A DNA stretch of 64,000 bases from Verrucomicrobiota bacterium (GTDB lineage Bacteria; Verrucomicrobiota; Verrucomicrobiia; Limisphaerales; SXTU01), in the NCBI GenBank assembly GCA_016871445.1, contig VHDH01000004.1, positions 4,435 through 68,434 of the forward strand, in the 5' to 3' direction. Under the pieces are notes generated by a model. It was not told the origin of the DNA and ran no database searches. It saw only the letters and a list, made by a program, of their open reading frames with translations. The translations under genes were made by a program, and so were the position numbers. Of the stretch, positions 36,311-43,328 are shown in pieces; position 1 is the stretch's first letter, and each line of letters starts with the position of its first letter.

Positions 36311-39300
36311 TCATTGCTGCACGTCCCGGTCGGCAATGTTGACCATTTCGGGCAGCACCAATTTGCCACGCGCGAACTTCGCCGCATCGCTCTCGGGATA
36401 ATCCCAAGTGGCGCGCTTGTAGCGGCGGTAGGCAAACTCGAGCTGGTTGCCGCTGCGGTAGGACTCGCCGGCCCAGAAGATGGCATCGGGGCGGAACTTG
36501 CTGCGCGGGTAGTTCTCCACGAGCAGGTCAAACTCCTTGCCGGCTTTCTGGAACTGCTCGGCCTTGAACCAGCACTGGGCGGACCGGAACAGCATCCGCT
36601 CGGCCCATTCGTGCTGCGGGAAACGATCCACGAACTTTTTCGAGACCTCGGCCGCGGTCGGATACTCCTTCTTGTTGTAGAAGTATTCCGCGATGCGGAC
36701 GACGACGTTTGCCACGAGCGGGTTCTCCGGCCAGGTGTAGGCCAAGGTCACGTATTCCGCGCTGGCGGCGTCCATGTCATTCTTCTCCTCGTGGCACTGG
36801 CCCAGCTTGTATTGGGCATCCGGCGCAAGCGGGTGATCTGAATGGTTCTGGACGATGCGTTTGTAGTAGCTGATGGCCTCGTCGTATTTCTTCAACTCCT
36901 GCGCGAACTGGCCGAGCAGGTAATCCGTGCGGGCCTCGTATTGCTTGCTGGGGTAATCGTTGCTCAGTTCCTTGAGCAACTGCATGCCCTCGTTCAGCGC
37001 GTTGGTCGCGGCCGGTAGCTGCTTGAGCGCGCGGAAATTCTTGAACAGCTCGAAGTAAGCCTCGGCCATCCGGAACTGCGATTCGATGGCCACCTTCTCC
37101 GTCGCATACTTCTTCTCAAACACCAGCAGGTTGCCATCGGTGCCCTTCACCACGTTGATCATCTTCTCAAACTTCGCAGTCGCATCGGTCTTGCTGAGGT
37201 AGGTGAGGGTGATGGGGTCACCAAACCACCCCTCCATCCGGTCGTCGGCCGGCATGGGCTTTTCCCCGGCGACCAGCGGGAAGCTGCCGCTGAACTCGCC
37301 GCTGTGGCTCAAGGTCTCCTGCAGCTTGGCGGTGAACTTCTCGCCGCGCGGGCTGGTCAGGGTGACCTCCACGCTGTCCCGCTCATTCGAGGCGTCCGCG
37401 GTGAGATCCTTTACCACCACGAAAATCTTATCGCCGATGTAGAGGTTGGTGACTGGCTTGTCATAGCCACTGTCGGTGAACTCGACGCTGGCCGGCACAG
37501 ACAACCGGGCCTGATCCTTGAACTCCTTCTCACCCACTTTGTAGGTAAGCGTGATCACGTCCTGCCCATTGAGGTTCAGCACCGGCACCACATTGGCCAG
37601 TTGCTGCTCCCCCCCCCCGGTCGGGTTGCGGCGTCCCACCAACGAGCGCGTGTCACCGGGCTCCAGCACGATGGTCGGGGGTGAATCCTTGTCGCCCAAG
37701 TTCATGAAGATCTGCCCGACGAAGCGGCCGATCTCCAAGGCATCGTCCACTACTTTGCGTTTGGCCTGCTTGCCTCCGGCCAAGGAGGAAAGCGGGCAAA
37801 TGACCTCGACGGTGCTGCCCCCGGAGGTGGTGAGCGTGGCTTTGACTTCACTGAAGGAATCCTTGGCCGCCGCCGGGTCGATGATTTCAAACGTGAGAGG
37901 CGGGCGGAAGGCGACCGACTTGATGGCGGGGGCATTGGTGTCCAACGAGGAGGTGAACTCGAAGACCTCAGTGCCCGCCTTGTTGGCGATGGCGCGCGAT
38001 TGCACGAAGGCAACCATCACCTCACCGGGCGCAACGGCCTCCAAGTGCGTAGTCCGCAGCGTGGGCGCTCCAGGGTCGGTGTTCTGCTCATCGAGATACA
38101 TAGCCTCCAGCAAGGCACCAGGTGCCAGCTTAAAGCCGTTAGTGCGCTGCGGGGACCAGATGTCGAACTCCTTGGTGAACACACCCGTGAACGGCTCAGT
38201 CTCCGTGGCCTCCAATTTCACCGTCTCGCCGTCGGATACCTTGAGGGTAAACTTGACCTTGTCCCGCTTGTCCGTGGTGTCGGCATCGTAATCCGTCACC
38301 CGGATGATGACCCGTTGGCCAGGATCCACTCGGCGCACCTGCTTGATATAGGTGTTCGGAATCGATTGGCCAACGTTGGCTTTGAAGTCGTAAGCAATGA
38401 AACCAATCGTAGCATCAAAATAGGTGGCGACGATGTTCTGCGAGAGGTTGCGGGGCTTGCCCTGCGAAACCATGCTCGTCTCGTCCTCGTAGATGGCGGT
38501 GATGCGGTCACTCGGCGTGAGCCGTAGCGCGTCTACCGCTGCCACTTCAGTCTCGGTCTTGACGGGCAGCAGGACCGTCCCGGTAGCGTCAGTCACCTCG
38601 AACTCGGCGATGCGCGGTGCGGTGCCACTGAACTTCTCGATGAACAGCCGCACGTAGCGGCCTGAGGCGTTGGTGAGTTGGATGGTGGCAGCGGCAAAGT
38701 TGCCTGAATTTGTGGACGCGATGCGCGTGCGCTGGGCAGCGGTGGACCCGGTAAAGTTCGTGGTCGCCGCCACCGTGGTCCAGTCCGTGAGGTTGGTGGA
38801 CACCTGGATGGCATACTCGACGGGCAACTTGTCTTTGAAAACCCCGTCGTTGCTCCACTTGAGCGAGCCCAACTGTTTGTCCTGCTTAAGGTCCACGGCG
38901 ATGAACTTCGGCGCCCGACTGTCGTTCAGACCTTCCCACGCCGTCTTCGGATTATTGTCAATCGCCCGCACCGCCTCGTTGCCGGCCGAGCGGTCGCTGG
39001 CGAAGATGTTGGCCGCGATCTCCACCGTCGCAAGCGTGCCCCGGAAGATTCCTGTGTGCGGCCCCGTCTCGGTGAGGGTGGCGGTCACTTTGCTGCCACT
39101 CGAGGCAGAGACGAGCACCTTGATGGTGTCGGCGTCCTTGCTCACATCGCGATCGGCGTCCTTGACTTGAAGGTAGATATTATTGCCGGGCTTGAGGGAG
39201 TTGCCGCTGCGAAACTCCTGGCGGAACTCCAACCCGGCCTGTTTGCCTGAACGCTGCCGCTGCTCGCGCAGTTTCTCTTCAAAGCTTACTTCCTCCTCGT

Positions 39301-42300
39301 CTTTAATTTCCGTGGCCGAAAGCTTGAACTCCCCGTCAGTAGCGAGCCGGATGTTTGAGCGCGGCTTGGCGATGCTGGTGAACTGCTTCTTGAAATCATC
39401 CGGGTAATCGTAGGTGATGGTGTCGGAACCGTTGACTTGGAGGACATTGTCGCCCGCTTTCGGGTCACCTAGTTCAGTTGCCAGCTCGGCGCGGAAAAAC
39501 CCTTTGCCCGCTGAACCGCTCTCCAACCGCACCACTTCCCGATCGCCGCTGGTGGTCGTGACCACGACGGGCACGTAGCTCTGCCCGCGGCTGACCCCAA
39601 GGTCGGCATCCTGAATCACAATGTTCAGCGGCAGGCCGGGCGGATGCCATTGCTTGGCGTTGCTGCCAATCAGCCCAATGCTGCGGAGTAACATCAACTC
39701 GTCGCGGAAGCGGTTCTCCTGGCCGTAGAGCTCAGACAAGCGGTAGAGGATGCCGTCCGCCACGTCGCTCGAAGGCGCGAGGTCCATGACGTTGCGGAAG
39801 CGCGCCTTCGCGTCGTCCACGTCGCCGCGCTGCTGCGCGAGCACGCCGAGCAGAAACTCGCCCCGGCTTGCCGCCAGCTTGTCCTTCGACTTTGCCATCT
39901 TCTCGAAGACCTTCGCGGCATCCACATACATCTTCTGCTGAAGGTAGCACTCGCCGATGCGGAACTGTGCGTCCACGGCCTCCGCCGTCGTGGGGAAGCG
40001 ATTGAGCAACGAGGTGCATTCCGAGCGCGACAGGTCGTAACGCAGGGTCTTGAAGTAGTAGTCTGCCAGCGCCAGCTGGGTCTTGGCCTTCTCCTCGATG
40101 GGCACGACCGTCGAGGTTTCGTTGGCGATGACCCACCGGCGGAGAATCTTCTCCGCCAAATCGCGCGAGGCCTCGTCATCGCGTTGGAGCAGGCGGTCGG
40201 AAGTCCAGCGGATGTAGTCGGCGGGCAGCTTATCTTCGTGCTTGGCGAAGAGCGGCTCATTTGCCTGAAACGCCTTCCACGCGGCGATGGGGTCGCCCAT
40301 GCGCAGGCTCATGGCGGACTTAAGCAACGGAGCCCATTCAAGCTTCTCATCGATTTCGGCGGCAGAGAAGCCGTGCTTGTTGCTCAAGCTGAACAGCGCC
40401 TGACTCGCTTGCGCGCGCAGTTTTGCGTCCACGCCAGTGAAACGGTTCACCGCCGCGCGCAGCACGAGGCCAGATAGCTCGGGCTTGCCGAGCGAGGCGA
40501 GCTGCTGCGCCCACGGGATGTAATAGTTGGCGAGCCAGTTCCCGTCGTTTGGATTCACGCCCACGGTGATGCGGTTAACCGTGTGCGTGCAGTCGAGAGC
40601 CTTGCCTATCTGCGCCTGCCGCACGAGCAAGGCTGGCATCCAGTGTCCCCAAACCTGCACCGCGCCGAGCGACGTGATGATGTCCGCGAGGAACTGCACG
40701 TCTGCCGGCTTGGCGTCCTCGGGCTTCGCACTGGCAACGGTCTGCAAGAGAGTTTCGCCCCACTGCCACGGCACGCTGCCGGCAGTCCACGCGAAGTCAG
40801 CTGGCCGCGCGGCAGCGAGCTGAAGCGCCTTCGCTGCGGAGTTCGTGTCCTTCTTTTCTGTAAGCAGCAAGTGGCCGCGCAAGAGTTGAATGCCGCCTTG
40901 CTGCGGGCCACGATTGGCACGGGCAAGATACGCGTCGAGCGCCGGCAGCGCCCAGTCGGCCGCATTGGTGAACGAGGTGGCGATGGTGTGCAACGTGGCG
41001 GGCTCGCTGGCCGTCGGCTGCGCGGCCTTCAAAGCGGCGAGCAAGGTCTGCTTCGCCGCGTCGTTCTGCCCGAGCGTGGCCTGCATCGCGCCGATGCGGC
41101 GCTGATATTCGAGCAAACCCGGGTGGGCGGGATACAAGGCCGCCAACTTCTCATACTCCGCGCTCATGTCCGTGGCGGAGCGGCCCTGCTCGGCGACGGT
41201 GAACGTGTATTGGCGGACATGGCTCCAGCCATCGTGCGGCCAGTAGCTGCCGCCGGATTTCCCCACGGCGTCGTCCACCAGTGCAACCACGTCCTTGTTC
41301 TTCGGCGCACCAAGCTGGTAGGCGCAGAGCGAAAGGTAATACAGCACGCCGGACGCGCCCGGATGCTTGGCCAGAATCTGCTTCGCCACGTTTAAGCCCT
41401 TCTCGTAATGGCCCGCTTGATACATCGCTGCCAACACGTCGACGCCACCTTCGAGCGCGAGCGCCGGACCGCCTTCGAGATACTTCGGCAGAAGCGACTC
41501 GCCGGCGTTGCTGGCCTTCGCCCACTGACTGGCGGTGCGCGCCGTCTGGAAGTTCGCCAGCGCCGGCTTCACCAAGTCATGCTGCCGCACGCGCAGAAGC
41601 AACTCGTTGAGCTTCTTCTGCTCGCCCGGGAAGGCCCGCGGCGGGAAGTGCGGCTTAAATGCCGTGTCCACCGAGGCCAGCGCGCCGCCCCAAGGAATCG
41701 TGCGCGTGAGATACTTCTCCAAGGCCGGCAGCACCGCGTCGAACTTCGCCACGGACTTGGCCCGCGTTTCGTCCAGCGTCTTTTGTGCCGCGTCAGCCTT
41801 GACCTGGGCTTTGTCGAGCGCATCTTTGGCGGCGGCAACGGCTTTCTCGGCGGCTTCCTTCGCGGCGGGTGGCGTCTGCGCTTTCTTTGCGTCGGCGGTG
41901 GCCTTTTGGTGGTTCACCTTGGCCGTCTTCAGCGCCTCCGCGGCGGCGTCGTCCGCCTTGGTGGCCTCAGGAAATCCGGCAAAGGCGGCGTCGGCCGCGA
42001 GTTTGATGACCTGCGGCCCGTAGCTGGACATGCCGTCCTTGTCGAGGAACTGCGCAGCGAACTTGCCGACTGCCGCGTAATCCGACCGATTCCACGCGGC
42101 TTGCGTGAGCCGATAGGAAATTTCTCCCTGCGCGGCAAGGCGGAGGCTGAGGTTCTTCTGCGCGGCAAGCTTGGGCGCGGTTTCCTCCAGCAACTTCACG
42201 TGCGCCTCGGGACGCTTGAGCAGGCTGGTCATTTCGGCATGGCGGTCCCACGCGGTGCCGCTCGCAGGGTCTATCGCCAGCAACGCGATGAGCTGCTTCT

Positions 42301-43282
42301 CTGCCTCCTCAAACTGATTCGCACGGCGCAGCGCGTAGGCGTGCGCAAGGCGGACGCGCGGCCCCCACGCGGAGTTGGCGAGCTTCGGCAGGAGTTGACC
42401 GCCGAGCGCGATGGCCTGGTTGGTCAACGCCAGGTCCGGCAGCCATTCGAGCGCGAGCACTTGGAACTGCGGGTCGCCGGTGAGCTTCGCGAATTCGTCC
42501 GCGAGCGGCGCGATGAGTGCGTAGCCGTTGGTGTGGCGGCGCAGCGCCTCGATGGCAGAGTTCGCAATGCTGGCGTTCAACGTGAAGGTCGGCAGCTTGC
42601 GCTCCGCCTCGTAGGCCACGAGCGCCGCGGCGTGATCGCCCGCCGCCGAGTGGTGGTAAAACTCCGTGAACGCCGCGCCAGCGGGGTCCTGCGGAAAGGC
42701 GGCCTTGAAGCGATGTGCCGCATCCGCCGCGCCGCGATGGTCATTCTGCGCCGCGCGCATGCGATACAACCGCAACAAGAAATCGCGCGCGCGCGGATCC
42801 TGCGGGAAGGACTCACCAAAGTCCGCAAGGCAGCGCTCGACCATGTTGTTGTTGCTCAGGAGCGACGCGGCGCGAACGCAATCCGCCAACGCGTCGGCGC
42901 GCTCGGGCACGGCGGGCATCTGCTCGGCAATGGTGCGGTAAAGCGAAATGGCCTCGGCAATGTTTCCACCGGCTTCGCGGAGCCGGGCGTTCAGGTAAGC
43001 CATCGCGTTCTTCTGCGGATCGTTGGGCGACTCGCGCAGGAAGCGCTCAACGGTCTGCTGGGCCGAGATGAGCCGGCCAGCGGCAACCTGTGCGCGGGCC
43101 AGTTCAACAGTCGCCGCAGGCTTGCTCGCCCCGCCCGCGCGGACGGCGGCTTCGAGTTGGGTGATGGCCTCATCCAGCTTGCCCGCCTGCACGAGCGCCT
43201 TGGCTTCATCGAGCGCGGCGGCCCGGGCGGTGAGAGAAGCCGCTAGGAGCGCGGCGAGGGGGAATAGGGAAGGGATTTTCAT
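36311..43282 (-). CDS. giant (2323 aa) secreted TPR / beta-repeat / discoidin-domain protein
   Basis: Signal MKIPSLFPLAALLAASLTARAA (ATG 43282; the ORF-track start is 96 nt upstream). About 1150 aa of N-terminal TPR/helical repeats include an Ala/Lys coiled stretch. Five beta-type modules and an F5/8-type-C-like domain follow. The C-terminal roughly 330 aa are TPR (YEARTDYLLGQFAQELKKYDEAISYYKRIV...). Confidence 0.88.
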   Translation of the reverse strand: MKIPSLFPLAALLAASLTARAAALDEAKALVQAGKLDEAITQLEAAVRAGGASKPAATVELARAQVAAGRLISAQQTVERFLRESPNDPQKNAMAYLNARLREAGGNIAEAISLYRTIAEQMPAVPERADALADCVRAASLLSNNNMVERCLADFGESFPQDPRARDFLLRLYRMRAAQNDHRGAADAAHRFKAAFPQDPAGAAFTEFYHHSAAGDHAAALVAYEAERKLPTFTLNASIANSAIEALRRHTNGYALIAPLADEFAKLTGDPQFQVLALEWLPDLALTNQAIALGGQLLPKLANSAWGPRVRLAHAYALRRANQFEEAEKQLIALLAIDPASGTAWDRHAEMTSLLKRPEAHVKLLEETAPKLAAQKNLSLRLAAQGEISYRLTQAAWNRSDYAAVGKFAAQFLDKDGMSSYGPQVIKLAADAAFAGFPEATKADDAAAEALKTAKVNHQKATADAKKAQTPPAAKEAAEKAVAAAKDALDKAQVKADAAQKTLDETRAKSVAKFDAVLPALEKYLTRTIPWGGALASVDTAFKPHFPPRAFPGEQKKLNELLLRVRQHDLVKPALANFQTARTASQWAKASNAGESLLPKYLEGGPALALEGGVDVLAAMYQAGHYEKGLNVAKQILAKHPGASGVLYYLSLCAYQLGAPKNKDVVALVDDAVGKSGGSYWPHDGWSHVRQYTFTVAEQGRSATDMSAEYEKLAALYPAHPGLLEYQRRIGAMQATLGQNDAAKQTLLAALKAAQPTASEPATLHTIATSFTNAADWALPALDAYLARANRGPQQGGIQLLRGHLLLTEKKDTNSAAKALQLAAARPADFAWTAGSVPWQWGETLLQTVASAKPEDAKPADVQFLADIITSLGAVQVWGHWMPALLVRQAQIGKALDCTHTVNRITVGVNPNDGNWLANYYIPWAQQLASLGKPELSGLVLRAAVNRFTGVDAKLRAQASQALFSLSNKHGFSAAEIDEKLEWAPLLKSAMSLRMGDPIAAWKAFQANEPLFAKHEDKLPADYIRWTSDRLLQRDDEASRDLAEKILRRWVIANETSTVVPIEEKAKTQLALADYYFKTLRYDLSRSECTSLLNRFPTTAEAVDAQFRIGECYLQQKMYVDAAKVFEKMAKSKDKLAASRGEFLLGVLAQQRGDVDDAKARFRNVMDLAPSSDVADGILYRLSELYGQENRFRDELMLLRSIGLIGSNAKQWHPPGLPLNIVIQDADLGVSRGQSYVPVVVTTTSGDREVVRLESGSAGKGFFRAELATELGDPKAGDNVLQVNGSDTITYDYPDDFKKQFTSIAKPRSNIRLATDGEFKLSATEIKDEEEVSFEEKLREQRQRSGKQAGLEFRQEFRSGNSLKPGNNIYLQVKDADRDVSKDADTIKVLVSASSGSKVTATLTETGPHTGIFRGTLATVEIAANIFASDRSAGNEAVRAIDNNPKTAWEGLNDSRAPKFIAVDLKQDKQLGSLKWSNDGVFKDKLPVEYAIQVSTNLTDWTTVAATTNFTGSTAAQRTRIASTNSGNFAAATIQLTNASGRYVRLFIEKFSGTAPRIAEFEVTDATGTVLLPVKTETEVAAVDALRLTPSDRITAIYEDETSMVSQGKPRNLSQNIVATYFDATIGFIAYDFKANVGQSIPNTYIKQVRRVDPGQRVIIRVTDYDADTTDKRDKVKFTLKVSDGETVKLEATETEPFTGVFTKEFDIWSPQRTNGFKLAPGALLEAMYLDEQNTDPGAPTLRTTHLEAVAPGEVMVAFVQSRAIANKAGTEVFEFTSSLDTNAPAIKSVAFRPPLTFEIIDPAAAKDSFSEVKATLTTSGGSTVEVICPLSSLAGGKQAKRKVVDDALEIGRFVGQIFMNLGDKDSPPTIVLEPGDTRSLVGRRNPTGGGEQQLANVVPVLNLNGQDVITLTYKVGEKEFKDQARLSVPASVEFTDSGYDKPVTNLYIGDKIFVVVKDLTADASNERDSVEVTLTSPRGEKFTAKLQETLSHSGEFSGSFPLVAGEKPMPADDRMEGWFGDPITLTYLSKTDATAKFEKMINVVKGTDGNLLVFEKKYATEKVAIESQFRMAEAYFELFKNFRALKQLPAATNALNEGMQLLKELSNDYPSKQYEARTDYLLGQFAQELKKYDEAISYYKRIVQNHSDHPLAPDAQYKLGQCHEEKNDMDAASAEYVTLAYTWPENPLVANVVVRIAEYFYNKKEYPTAAEVSKKFVDRFPQHEWAERMLFRSAQCWFKAEQFQKAGKEFDLLVENYPRSKFRPDAIFWAGESYRSGNQLEFAYRRYKRATWDYPESDAAKFARGKLVLPEMVNIADRDVQQ
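37609..37618 (-). repeat. G10 homopolymer (C10 on the plus strand) inside the giant gene
   Basis: Plus strand reads ctgctCCCCCCCCCCggtc. It encodes Gly-Gly-Gly in NPTGGGEQQ, at about residue 1889 of 2323. Confidence 0.95.
38590..39010 (-). other. F5/8 type C (discoidin)-like domain within the giant protein
   Basis: AVRAIDNNPKTAWEG...PKFIAVDLKQDKQLGSLKW...GRYVRLFIEKFSGTAPRIAEFEV carries the canonical W..., [FW]hxVDL and hxEhEV landmarks. Confidence 0.8.
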
Positions 43283-43328
43283 ACGACAATTCAGAGCGGG
43301 GTTGGGTGGGGCGGGCCGACGCAGGCGA

